64,000 nucleotides of DNA from Clostridia bacterium (lineage in GTDB: Bacteria > Bacillota > Clostridia > Oscillospirales > CAG-272). Positions 21,997 through 31,658 of the stretch are shown piece by piece. The stretch is from the NCBI GenBank assembly GCA_017453205.1, contig JAFTKO010000012.1:3530-67529 (forward strand), in the 5' to 3' direction. The notes under the pieces are model-generated. The model did no database searches. It saw only the letters and a program-made list of their open reading frames with translations, and was not told the DNA's origin. Every line of letters starts with the position of its first letter. Within the stretch, counting starts at the first letter, position 1. The position numbers were made by a program, and so were the translations under genes.

Positions 21997-23028
21997 ATGA
22001 CCATATCCGATATTCAAATCCCACATGGGTTGTTTTTGGCGCCGCTTGCCGGTGTGAGCGACCGTTCTTTCCGTCGCTTGGCGCGCAGATACGGTGCGGA
22101 ATATACCACCAGCGAGATGGTCTCGGCAAAGGCGCTGTGCTACGAACAGCTCAGCCGCCGCCCCGTGACCGACGCACGCGTCCGTACCGCACCGCTTGCC
22201 GCCGTCATGCGCGACGAGGCTCCTATGGCGGTCCAATTGTTTGGTGCCGAGCCCGATTTTATGGCACGGGCGGCACAATTGCTTGAAAGCGGCGAATACC
22301 GCGGTGCCTGCGGTGAGATCCCTCCTGCGGCGATCGACGTTAACATGGGCTGTCCCATGGCAAAGATCGTGTGTAACGGCGAGGGCAGTGCCTTGATGAA
22401 GGATCCCGCGCTTGCCGAGCGCATCATACGCGCCATGTCGGACGCGGTACGTCTGCCCGTCACGGTCAAGATCCGCGCGGGTTGGGACAGAAACAGCATC
22501 AATGCGGTCGAGCTTGCAAAGCGCTTGGAGCAGGCGGGCGCAAAAATGATCTGTGTGCATGGCAGAACGCGCGAGCAGATGTATGCACCGAGTGCCGATT
22601 GGGAGATCATTCGACAGGTCAAAGAAGCGGTACGAATTCCTGTGGTGGGCAACGGTGATATCTTTTGTGCCGCCGATGCGATCCGTATGGTGAATGAAAC
22701 AGGCTGTGATGGCGTGATGGTGGCAAGAGGCGCGCAAGGTAACCCTTGGATCTTTGACGCGATCCTTTGCGCAATGGAGGATCGCTCTTACACCCCGCCC
22801 ACATTGCGTGAGCGGTTTTCGGTGGCAACGGAGCACGCCGAGGCGCTGGTGCGAGAAAAGGGGGAACGCGCGGGCATCGCCGAGTCACGCAAGCATATGG
22901 CGTGGTATCTGCACGGCGTGCGCGGTGCCGCAGCGGCGCGGGACGAGATCATGCAGGCGCAAACGCTTGACGAGGTGCGTATGATCTTTGAAAAAATGGA
23001 GAATACTCAACTTTTGGAGGGGATTTGA
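21997..23028 (+). CDS. dusB: tRNA-dihydrouridine synthase B
   Basis: LAPLAGVSD, DVNMGCP, VHGRTR, GNGDI, GNPWIF. Confidence 0.93.
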   Translation: MTISDIQIPHGLFLAPLAGVSDRSFRRLARRYGAEYTTSEMVSAKALCYEQLSRRPVTDARVRTAPLAAVMRDEAPMAVQLFGAEPDFMARAAQLLESGEYRGACGEIPPAAIDVNMGCPMAKIVCNGEGSALMKDPALAERIIRAMSDAVRLPVTVKIRAGWDRNSINAVELAKRLEQAGAKMICVHGRTREQMYAPSADWEIIRQVKEAVRIPVVGNGDIFCAADAIRMVNETGCDGVMVARGAQGNPWIFDAILCAMEDRSYTPPTLRERFSVATEHAEALVREKGERAGIAESRKHMAWYLHGVRGAAAARDEIMQAQTLDEVRMIFEKMENTQLLEGI

Positions 23029-23183
23029 GCCCAAAATTCAATAAATCGAAGAAAAAAAGATAAAATCCGAAAAAAAGACTTGACATCTTGGCAAAAATGG
23101 TGTATAATATGGAAAGATAATTTTGTTTTGGGAAAAATTCCGACATATTATCTCTTGTTACCGGTGGAGGGGAGGGATATAAA

Positions 23184-23360
23184 ATGGCAGAAATCAGAGT
23201 TAAGGAAGGCGAGTCTCTGGACAGCGCTCTTCGTCGCTTTAAGCGTGCAACCGCCCGTTCCGGCGTCCTCACCGAGCTTCGCAAGAGAGAACACTATGAG
23301 AAGCCGAGCGTGAAACGCAAGAAGAAATCTGAAGCAGCCAGAAAGCGTAAGTACAAATAA
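23184..23360 (+). CDS. rpsU: 30S ribosomal protein bS21 (not in the supplied ORF list)
   Basis: Hand translation [58 protein letters not shown]; RBS ggaggg; TTGACA/TATAAT promoter at about 23080-23109. Confidence 0.97.
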   Translation: MAEIRVKEGESLDSALRRFKRATARSGVLTELRKREHYEKPSVKRKKKSEAARKRKYK

Positions 23361-23378
23361 TTGTACTGCGTTCAGATG

Positions 23379-23420
23379 AAACATAAGGGAGAAGCCGAAA
23401 GGCTTCTCCCTTATGTTTTT
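23379..23420 (+). terminator. Terminator after rpsU
   Basis: aaacataagggagaagcc-gaaa-ggcttctcccttatgttt perfect hairpin. Confidence 0.9.
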
Positions 23421-23442
23421 GAAACGCATCAATTCAGTTCAA

Positions 23443-23640
23443 ATAAAAGCAACCTTGCGGAACCTTTTGGGCAGTGGTACCAAAAGGCTATCGGCAGTAC
23501 CCGAGGAATAGCGAATAAGCATTCCCATCATGCCGGAAAACGAACGAACTACTCGCGAACTTTCCCCATTTGCTTTTATCCAATGCGTTAAAAGTTTTAA
23601 AAGGGGTTTGGGGAAAACTTTTAAAAAGTTTTCCCCAAAA
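23443..23640. repeat. Dispersed structured repeat, family C, copy 1
   Basis: Colinear similarity to 60818-61005 (gtggtaccaaaa, gcgaa.aa.cattcccat, gaaaac, tccccat, cgttaaaagtttt, terminal GGGG/CCCC hairpin). Confidence 0.75.
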
Positions 23641-23657
23641 AAACATCTTGTTTTACC

Positions 23658-24008
23658 TCAATCCATATTCGCGGTGGCAACAACATTGGCACCTGTGCCC
23701 AGGATATTTTCAATGACGGTATCCCCGATGCGGGCCGGAAGCCGAACGACAGCTTTGTTGATCTCTGTCATGCAGTCGAACATGGATTCCTTGGGGACTG
23801 TGCGGTCGGTCTTGACGGGGATCACTTCGCCGTTGTCTGTACGTGCGGTGGAGGTGATAGTGCGCATGGGGTGAGTGCACTCGTCAATGGCGTATTGCTT
23901 TCCGCGCGGGCAGGTAAAGCCCGTAACATTCATAACGGCACCGTTTTCAAGCTCGACCTTCAAGGGACAACCCTTGGGGCAGACGATACAAGTCAATTCT
24001 CTTATCAT
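23658..24008 (-). CDS. DUF1667-family CxxC protein
   Basis: LTCIVCPKGC...GFTCPRG, PVKTDRTVPK; third gene of oxidoreductase trio. Confidence 0.88.
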   Translation of the reverse strand: MIRELTCIVCPKGCPLKVELENGAVMNVTGFTCPRGKQYAIDECTHPMRTITSTARTDNGEVIPVKTDRTVPKESMFDCMTEINKAVVRLPARIGDTVIENILGTGANVVATANMD

Positions 24009-24009
24009 G

Positions 24010-25251
24010 TTACTGTACCTCCAATTCAAACGAAAGCGCGCCGGCGTTGGCAAAGGTCTCGGGCTTGAGCGTAATGCTTTCCATCTCGCCGGGTGCGACC
24101 TTGGGCTTTTTGCGGGAATAGACCACGTTGTCTCCGTCTTTGACCTTGACGGTCACATTGCGGTAAACGTCGGCAACACGGAAGAACACGGTGACAGCCT
24201 TCTTTTGCGTGATGCGCTGGGGAACGGTATAGCGGATCTTACCGTCGGTGTGCAGAGCAACATCTACCTTTTCGGCATTCTCGCCCGCAATGTAGGCGGC
24301 GGCACTCTTACCGGCGATCTCCGCTTCCTCGGAGACATAGTCCACAAGGTCGTGCACATGCAGGACATTTCCGCATGCAAAAATGCCTTCGACCTCGGTT
24401 TGGCGGTCTTGATCGACTACGGCACCGCCGGTTACTCGGTCAAGCGGCACAGATGCGGTCTTGGAAAGCTCGTTTTCGGGGATCAGACCGACAGAAAGGA
24501 GTAGCGTGTCACAGGGAATGTACTCGCGCGTCTCTGCAATCGGACGGCGGCGCTCGTCAACCTTTGCAATGGTCACACCCTCGAGCCGCTCTTTGCCGTG
24601 AATCTCGACCACGGTATGGCTCAATTTCAAGGGAATGTTAAAATCGTTGAGGCACTGCTCGATGTTGCGTGCGAGACCGCCCGAGTAGGGCATCAGTTCG
24701 CAAACGGCATGGACCTTTGCGCCCTCCAATGTCATGCGGCGCGCCATGATCAGTCCGATGTCGCCCGAACCCAAAATGACCACATTTTTTCCCGGCATAT
24801 AGCCCTTTAGATTTACGTATTTTTGCGCGGTTCCCGCACTGTAAATGCCTGCGGGACGTGTACCTGCGATGTTGAGCGCTCCTTTGGCACGTTCACGGCA
24901 ACCCATGGCGAGGATCACGGCTTTTGCTTGAATTTGAAAGATACCTTCCTCACTGTTGGTGGCGGTGACAACCTTGTCGGGGCTGATGTCGAGCACCATG
25001 GTGTTGAGCATGTAGGGGATATTCAATTCCCATACCTGTTTTTCGTATCTCCAAGCGTACTCGGGACCCGTCAGCTCCTCGCCAAAGCGATGCAGACCAA
25101 AGCCGTTGTGGATGCATTGTTGAAGAATACCGCCGAGATGCGCGTCACGCTCCAAAATCAGGAGGTTGCGGACGCCGCTCTCGTATGCCGCAACAGCGGC
25201 GCTCATGCCGGCGGGGCCGCCGCCGATGATGACAAGATCGATCTGTTTCAT
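24010..25251 (-). CDS. FAD/NAD(P)-dependent oxidoreductase (thioredoxin-reductase-like)
   Basis: IGGGPAG, GGILQQCIHNGFG, ILGSGDIG, GIFACGNVLHVHD. Confidence 0.9.
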   Translation of the reverse strand: MKQIDLVIIGGGPAGMSAAVAAYESGVRNLLILERDAHLGGILQQCIHNGFGLHRFGEELTGPEYAWRYEKQVWELNIPYMLNTMVLDISPDKVVTATNSEEGIFQIQAKAVILAMGCRERAKGALNIAGTRPAGIYSAGTAQKYVNLKGYMPGKNVVILGSGDIGLIMARRMTLEGAKVHAVCELMPYSGGLARNIEQCLNDFNIPLKLSHTVVEIHGKERLEGVTIAKVDERRRPIAETREYIPCDTLLLSVGLIPENELSKTASVPLDRVTGGAVVDQDRQTEVEGIFACGNVLHVHDLVDYVSEEAEIAGKSAAAYIAGENAEKVDVALHTDGKIRYTVPQRITQKKAVTVFFRVADVYRNVTVKVKDGDNVVYSRKKPKVAPGEMESITLKPETFANAGALSFELEVQ

Positions 25252-25252
25252 C

Positions 25253-26686
25253 TTATTTGACCTCCTTGGTTTTGCCGACGTTGATGAGAGATTCGCCGCC
25301 GAATTTTGTCACTGTCTCATAGGAAACGTTCATTTCTTTTGCCAGCATTTCTACGATGTAGGGGGAACAGAAGCCGCCTTGGCAACGTCCCATTTGCGCA
25401 CGGGTACGTCGCTTGACACCGTCAAGGTCGCGGGGCTTGGGATTGGTGCGGATGGCGTTGAGGATTTCGCCCTCGGTCACGGTCTCGCAACGGCAGATGA
25501 TACGGCCGTATGCGGGATCCTTTTTGATGATGGCGTTCTTTTCCTCCATGCTTGCCTCGCGGAAAGCGTGCATTGCGACGCGGCGGGGCTGATAGGAGGC
25601 GTTCTTTTCCAACGGCATGCCCGCGTTTGCAAGCAGTTCAATGACATACTCGGCGATTGCGGGGGCAGAGGAAAGACCGGGGGATTCGATGCCCGCCACG
25701 TTGACAAAACGCTCACGCGGCAGATTGATGATAAAATCGCCCGTGCTTCCGACAGCGCGCAGACCGCAGAAAGAGGTGATGGTTTTGTTGAACATGACGC
25801 TGTCCACGTTTTCCAACGCCTCGCGCATGACATGCGCCAACCCTTCGGGCGTGGTGGAACGGTCGTCCTTGTCTTCTATGTCGACTGATGTAGGACCCGT
25901 GAGCAGGTTGCCGTCCACAGTGGGGGAGACAAGGATGCCCTTGCCCATTTTGCTCGGCGTGCGGAAGATGGTGTGAGAGACGAGCGTGCCGCATTCCTTA
26001 TCCAGCAGCACGTACTCGCCGCGGCGGGGATGCACGGTAAAGGAGGTGTCACCCACCATTTTTGCAATCGCGTCGGAGTAAACACCCGCAGCGTTGATGA
26101 TATATTTTGCTTGGAGGGTCTCGCCTGCGGAGACGATCTCAAAATAGTCGCCTTTGTCGCGAATGTCAGTGACCTCAAAATCCAGCTTGAGGTCGGCGCC
26201 ATTGTCCATCGCATTACCGATGGCGGCAACGGTCAACTCATAAGGGCAAACGATACTTCCCGTGGGAGCGTGGAGGGCACAGACCGCGTTTTTGGAAACA
26301 TTGGGCTCAATGGCGTGCAGCTCGTCGCTGTCAAGCACCTTGAGGTTCTTGACACCGTTTGCTGTGCCGCGTTTGTAAAGCTCTTCCACGGTGGCGCGGT
26401 CCTCGTCGTTAAAGCCGATGACGAGTGAGCCGTTGTTTTTGTACTTGACTCCAAGCTCCTCGCAGACTTTTTCCATCATTTCGGAGCCGCGGACGTTGAG
26501 CTTTGCTTTGAGGCTTCCGACCTTGGCATCAAAGCCCGCGTGGACGATGGCGGAGTTTGCCGAGCTTGCGCCCATAGCCACATCGTGCTTTTTTTCGACG
26601 ATGCAGAGAGCAAGGCGATATGCCGAGAGCTCGCGGGCAATCATACCGCCCACAACACCGGCACCGATGACAACGATATCGTACAT
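25253..26686 (-). CDS. FAD-dependent oxidoreductase with BFD-like [2Fe-2S] domain (GlpA-like glycerol-3-phosphate dehydrogenase family)
   Basis: IGAGVVG, ANSAIVHAG, GIESPGL, C-terminal CRCE...MGRCQGGFC. Confidence 0.85.
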   Translation of the reverse strand: MYDIVVIGAGVVGGMIARELSAYRLALCIVEKKHDVAMGASSANSAIVHAGFDAKVGSLKAKLNVRGSEMMEKVCEELGVKYKNNGSLVIGFNDEDRATVEELYKRGTANGVKNLKVLDSDELHAIEPNVSKNAVCALHAPTGSIVCPYELTVAAIGNAMDNGADLKLDFEVTDIRDKGDYFEIVSAGETLQAKYIINAAGVYSDAIAKMVGDTSFTVHPRRGEYVLLDKECGTLVSHTIFRTPSKMGKGILVSPTVDGNLLTGPTSVDIEDKDDRSTTPEGLAHVMREALENVDSVMFNKTITSFCGLRAVGSTGDFIINLPRERFVNVAGIESPGLSSAPAIAEYVIELLANAGMPLEKNASYQPRRVAMHAFREASMEEKNAIIKKDPAYGRIICRCETVTEGEILNAIRTNPKPRDLDGVKRRTRAQMGRCQGGFCSPYIVEMLAKEMNVSYETVTKFGGESLINVGKTKEVK

Positions 26687-27062
26687 TTTGTTGGATCCTT
26701 TCTTTCTTGCCTCCGTGCAAAACGGGGCGTGATTTTTCCTATTCATTATAATATAACTTTGCAAAAGAGTCAAGAGTGTCGCCGAAATAGGCAAAAATAC
26801 ACATGTGTGGCGAAAAATGCGCAAAAATGAGCAATTCAATGCGTGCGTTTTTTTTTTTTCAAAATCGCGTCAAGTCTCACTTTTCGCAAAAATAACCGAA
26901 AAATCCACATCAAATTATTTGAAATACAGTAAATTTGAAGCCGAAAAAATATAAAAGAAGGTATTGAATTTTTGCTCGAATTTTGATATAATAAAGGAGA
27001 GATTTCCGCCACCGAAAGGTCTTGGCGGTTTGATATGCAAAAAAACGGGGGATTTTTGAATT

Positions 27063-28043
27063 ATGCAAAGCAACAAACGACCTGAAACTATGGAACGCAT
27101 CACCACAAGAGCCTTGGCAGATGCCTTTATCGAAGAACAGGTACGCGAGGTTCGCGCACAGGTTGGCGATAAAAAGGTATTGTTGGCGCTTTCCGGCGGA
27201 GTTGACTCCTCTGTCGTGGCGGCACTTTTGATCAAGGCGATCGGTAAGCAGCTCGTATGTGTACACGTCAATCACGGTCTCATGCGCAAGGGCGAGAGCG
27301 AGCAGGTCATCGAGGTGTTCCGCAATCAGATGGATGCCAATTTGATTTACGTCGACGCAACCGACCGTTTTCTCGACCTGTTGGCGGGTGTTTCGGATCC
27401 CGAGACCAAGCGTAAGATCATTGGCGGCGAGTTCATCAAGGTATTTGCCGAGGAGGCGTACAAGCTGGATGGCATTTCTTTCCTGGCTCAGGGAACCATT
27501 TACCCCGATATTTTGGAGAGTGACGGTGTGAAAGCACATCACAATGTCGGCGGACTTCCCGAGGACCTCAAGTTTGAGTTGGTCGAGCCTGTAAAGCTCC
27601 TGTTCAAGGATGAGGTGCGCGAGGTCGGCAGAGCATTGGGACTTCCGTCGGGTATGGTTGACCGTCAGCCGTTCCCGGGACCCGGACTCGGTGTGCGTTG
27701 CTTAGGTGCCATTACGCGTGACCGTCTCCATGCACTGCGTGAGGCAGACGCGATTCTGCGCGAGGAATTTGACAAGAGCGGACTTGCAAAGAAGGTATGG
27801 CAGTACTTTATCGCCGTGCCCGATCTGAAGAGCGTCGGTGTCAGAGACGGCAAGAGATATGAGGGTTGGCCCGCGATCATCCGCGCGGTCAATACCAAGG
27901 ATGCTATGAGCGCAACCATTGAAGAGATCCCCTATGCGCTCCTGCACCGCATTACGGATCGTATCACCGCCGAGGTGGAGGGCATCAATCGCGTATTGAT
28001 GGATTTGACGCCGAAACCCGTGGGAACCATTGAGTGGGAATAA
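27063..28043 (+). CDS. guaA: GMP synthase, ATP-pyrophosphatase/C-terminal part only
   Basis: LSGGVDSS, QGTIYPD, HHNVGGLP, PFPGPGLGVR, KPVGTIEWE; no glutamine amidotransferase domain (326 aa). Confidence 0.92.
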   Translation: MQSNKRPETMERITTRALADAFIEEQVREVRAQVGDKKVLLALSGGVDSSVVAALLIKAIGKQLVCVHVNHGLMRKGESEQVIEVFRNQMDANLIYVDATDRFLDLLAGVSDPETKRKIIGGEFIKVFAEEAYKLDGISFLAQGTIYPDILESDGVKAHHNVGGLPEDLKFELVEPVKLLFKDEVREVGRALGLPSGMVDRQPFPGPGLGVRCLGAITRDRLHALREADAILREEFDKSGLAKKVWQYFIAVPDLKSVGVRDGKRYEGWPAIIRAVNTKDAMSATIEEIPYALLHRITDRITAEVEGINRVLMDLTPKPVGTIEWE

Positions 28044-28150
28044 TGCCAAAAATGGCGAAAAGCCTTGCGGCATAAAGGTTTTTGAATTTCAAAACGCCCT
28101 CGTGGCAATGTTTTGGCAACCTTCGAGTATGATTCATAAATAAAAAATTT

Positions 28151-28190
28151 GAGCTAACAGATTTCTTGTTGAAGTCTGTTAGCTCTTTTT
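28151..28190. terminator. Bidirectional terminator
   Basis: gagctaacaga...tctgttagctc hairpin plus T-run. Confidence 0.8.
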
Positions 28191-28210
28191 GCGGTATAAA
28201 ATCGTTTTAT

Positions 28211-29818
28211 TTAATCTTTTGCAAGGCGGGTATAGACATATTTCGAGGTGGTGACATCTTGGTAGCTGACAAGCAGGGCATCCTCACTTTGTGCCAAGAC
28301 CGTAAAGGTATCGCTTGAAGTTGTGAAGAAAAGCTCTCCGCTTAAGCTGTAATAGTCGTACTGCGCTGTAAAGGAGTATTGATAGTCGGTGTCTGCACTG
28401 TAATGTTTTACGACATAGTAATTTTGTTTGCAAGTCAACGGTGAGTAATCGGCAAACTCTCTGTCTTGCGGGAGAGTGAGCTCGGTTTCTCCGCTTTTGT
28501 TGTATTTGTAAAAGTGGAGCTTGCCGTCTATGGTTTTGGAATAGAATGCGGCGGTATCCCCTGCGGTGGAAATGGCAGAATAGTTGCTATTGTTTAGGTC
28601 AATGACAAGCTCAAAATCGGGGTTATAAATCTTGCCGTCAAACAAATAGCCGTAGTCCTTGGTAGTGCCCACTGCGAGAGTGGTGCGAACGAGCTCACCG
28701 TTGGTATCGAGAATGGCATAGCCGCTCTTGGTGGGGACGTAATAATATTCACTGTTCAAGGGAAGCACCAAGCCTTTTTGTCCCTCGACATAATGATCAA
28801 GCTTTGCGCCGATTTTTCCGTCATTGTCCATCAAAACATAATGGACTGTGGAGGAATCGATCACGCCGTCGACGATCGCGTAATATGCCAGCACATTCTC
28901 TACTTCATCGGTAAAGATGTCCTCAAAATCGATCTTGCCGGGAGACTGTGTTTCCTTGTTGTATACGGTGGATACATACACATCAAGCTTTGGCTCGGTC
29001 TCCTGTTTTTTGGCGGGATCAAAAAGAACATGATGTACGGTATATTTTTGCTCTTTCATATAATCATATTTGCTTGAGGTGGGATCGGACAAAAGTGAAT
29101 ACTGTACAAAAAGCTTGCCGTTGTCCAAGAGATACAGCTTATAATTTGTGCTGTGTCCGGGTGCCTCGTAAACAGCAACGGCTTCAAATTTTTCATTGTA
29201 ATAAACCGCACTTCTGCCGTTGATGGAGATCACATAATGATCCGTAAAGGTGTAGTTTGCCGAAAGATCGGTAAATGGCGGGACGGTATATTCCTTTTTC
29301 AGTTCTCCGGCCTTGATGTAGTAAAATTTCTCGTTAAATAGTACACCGTCATCGGTCACACTGAGTTCAACCTCGCCGTCAGCTTTTGTCAAAAGCGTTC
29401 CGCTTTGGGTGTAGACCGCGGTGGTTTTGGCTTTGGTGTCGGCATCGGTTTCGATGATCTTGATATAACCGTCATACAGGACCGCGTCGTCCTCTTTGGC
29501 GATTTTATCCGCAGGGACCTTCAATACAACGCGGTCGAGCGCCACGTTGTAGAAGCAATATTCCTTGGCGGATGGGTCCTTGTATTTCAGAAAACAATAT
29601 TCGCCTTCTATGGAGTTCGCCGACTCTGGCAAGGTTACCGCAGTGCTCGAGGTGTACCCCGTTTGGAACGGCATGGATATCGAGGTTTCGTAAATTTTAT
29701 CAAAGTCTTTGGCTTTTTTGCCGATGGTTCCGTCGTCATCTTTGGAGCAGGCGGTCAATGCACCGATCAACAAGGATGCCGAAAGCAGGGATAGGATCAG
29801 TTTTTTTAAGTTTTTCAT
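28211..29818 (-). CDS. Hypothetical lipoprotein (beta-rich)
   Basis: MKNLKK + hydrophobic stretch + lipobox LTAC; Y/T/D-rich 535 aa; RBS aggag. Confidence 0.8.
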   Translation of the reverse strand: MKNLKKLILSLLSASLLIGALTACSKDDDGTIGKKAKDFDKIYETSISMPFQTGYTSSTAVTLPESANSIEGEYCFLKYKDPSAKEYCFYNVALDRVVLKVPADKIAKEDDAVLYDGYIKIIETDADTKAKTTAVYTQSGTLLTKADGEVELSVTDDGVLFNEKFYYIKAGELKKEYTVPPFTDLSANYTFTDHYVISINGRSAVYYNEKFEAVAVYEAPGHSTNYKLYLLDNGKLFVQYSLLSDPTSSKYDYMKEQKYTVHHVLFDPAKKQETEPKLDVYVSTVYNKETQSPGKIDFEDIFTDEVENVLAYYAIVDGVIDSSTVHYVLMDNDGKIGAKLDHYVEGQKGLVLPLNSEYYYVPTKSGYAILDTNGELVRTTLAVGTTKDYGYLFDGKIYNPDFELVIDLNNSNYSAISTAGDTAAFYSKTIDGKLHFYKYNKSGETELTLPQDREFADYSPLTCKQNYYVVKHYSADTDYQYSFTAQYDYYSLSGELFFTTSSDTFTVLAQSEDALLVSYQDVTTSKYVYTRLAKD

Positions 29819-30148
29819 GGTGTCTTCTCCTTTTTATAAAGTATATCATATTTTCTGATTTTTTGCAATAAGAATTTATTCCGATTTTTTCACTTCATTT
29901 ATCCTTTTGCTATCTGTGAGCGCCCCGACTGCGTGGGCGTTTCGCTCCATAGCATGGATGTTTTCAGAAAGGATTGAAAAAGCGGTTTGCCATCTAAAAA
30001 AACAACAAAAAAGAAGTCAAAAAATTGTCGAAAAACACGGGGGAAATTTTTGCGATTTTCTATTGACAAAACGCGGGATAAAGAGTATAATATTCCAAAC
30101 TTGAACTTGTTTCGGTTCGGTTGATTTTATCCTACGGAGGAATGCGAC

Positions 30149-31534
30149 ATGACCAATGATCTTACCAAGGGCTCCCCCATCAAACAGATCTTTTTGTTTT
30201 CCATCCCGTATCTCATCGGCAATCTCTTTCAGCAGTTTTATAACATCGCCGACATGGTCATCGTCGGGCGCACGCTTGACGCGCTTGCTTATACCGCCGT
30301 GGGTGCTACGAGCAGTCTTGTTTGGTTTGCAAGCGGCGCCATCCAATCGCTGACCTTAGGTTTTTCTGCATTGACCGCGCGTTATTTCGGCGCCAATGAC
30401 GAGGAGGGGATTAAGCGGAGCTTTGCGGCAAGCATCAAGCTTTCGGCAATCATTTCGGTTCTGCTTGCGGTGGTTTGTACGTTGTTTGCGCGTCCGATCC
30501 TCGAGCTTTTGCGCACGCCCGATGATATCATCGACCGTTCTTATGCTTACATCGTGTGGATCTTTGCGGGCTTGGTTGCCACGGCGCTGTTCAATCTGCT
30601 TTCCAATATGATCCGCGCGCTCGGTGACTCCAAAACGCCGCTGTGTTTTTTGATCATTGCGTGTCTGATTAACATTGTACTTGACGTCGTGTTCATCGCG
30701 TTTTTTGGAATGGATACCGATGGAGCGGGACTGGCCACCGTGTTGGCACAATTGATCTCGGGTGTCTTTTGCATCGGTTACATCAAAAAAAGACAGCCGC
30801 TCCTGCATTTTTCGGAACGGCATTTTAAAAATGACCGCACGCTGGACATACAGCTTTTAAAAGTGGGGATGCCCATGGCGTTTTTGAACATGGTGCTCTC
30901 GATCGGCGGTATCGTCATGCAGTTTGTGACCAACGGGCTGGGGACGCTTTATGTTTCGGCGCAGACCACGGGCGCTAAGATCGTCAATTTTGTGACACAG
31001 CCGTTGCTTTCTTTCAGTTCGGCTCTTTCGGTGTTTACGGCACAAAACTACGGCGCCAAAAAATATCTGCGTTTGGTGGATGGCGGCAAAAAGACGCTTT
31101 ATCTCGGCTTTGCGTGGAGCACCATTGCCTCGGTCATCATGCTTTTGTGCGGTCGCTTTTTGGTCGTGTTATTGGCGGGTGAGGTTGCGGAGACAGTAGT
31201 AGACAACGCCCAACTGTATATTGTCATCAGTACACTTTGTTCCTTTTTTTTGACACCGCTTGTTGTGTGGAAGGCAGTCCTGCAATCGATCGGACGTTCG
31301 ACCTCGGCAATGATCTCGGGCTTTACCGAAATTGCCGCACGCGCCGGGCTTTCGCTTGGGGTGATTGCATTGATGAGCGCCGGTTTGGTGAGCGAGGGCC
31401 TCGGATTTGTTTTTATTTGCTTTTGCGATCCCTTCGCTTGGCTGATCGGTATGCTGACAGTGCTTTTTGAGTACACCGCAACGGTCAAGGAGTTCAAACG
31501 TCATGCAAGGGCGACGGGGGAAAGCTTGGGGTAA
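30149..31534 (+). CDS. MATE-family efflux transporter
   Basis: GNLFQQFYNIADMVIVG, RALGDSKTP, AQNYGA; about 12 TMs. Confidence 0.95.
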   Translation: MTNDLTKGSPIKQIFLFSIPYLIGNLFQQFYNIADMVIVGRTLDALAYTAVGATSSLVWFASGAIQSLTLGFSALTARYFGANDEEGIKRSFAASIKLSAIISVLLAVVCTLFARPILELLRTPDDIIDRSYAYIVWIFAGLVATALFNLLSNMIRALGDSKTPLCFLIIACLINIVLDVVFIAFFGMDTDGAGLATVLAQLISGVFCIGYIKKRQPLLHFSERHFKNDRTLDIQLLKVGMPMAFLNMVLSIGGIVMQFVTNGLGTLYVSAQTTGAKIVNFVTQPLLSFSSALSVFTAQNYGAKKYLRLVDGGKKTLYLGFAWSTIASVIMLLCGRFLVVLLAGEVAETVVDNAQLYIVISTLCSFFLTPLVVWKAVLQSIGRSTSAMISGFTEIAARAGLSLGVIALMSAGLVSEGLGFVFICFCDPFAWLIGMLTVLFEYTATVKEFKRHARATGESLG

Positions 31535-31658
31535 TTTTTGTACCAAATTGCTCGGAAGGAAATACGCATTGGAATTGTCAAGATATGTACAGTCGAAAAA
31601 TCCCCCCACAAAAATTCTAATAAATATAAAATCGTACTTATCAAAGGAGTTTGGAAGA

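Noticed and set aside
26985-27040. Possible purine riboswitch upstream of guaA
   Set aside because: Only a single hairpin (ccgcca..gaaa..tggcgg); purine aptamer consensus is absent.
29908-29954. Isolated GC-rich hairpin between the lipoprotein and MATE genes
   Set aside because: Single copy in the window with no other support; function cannot be assigned.
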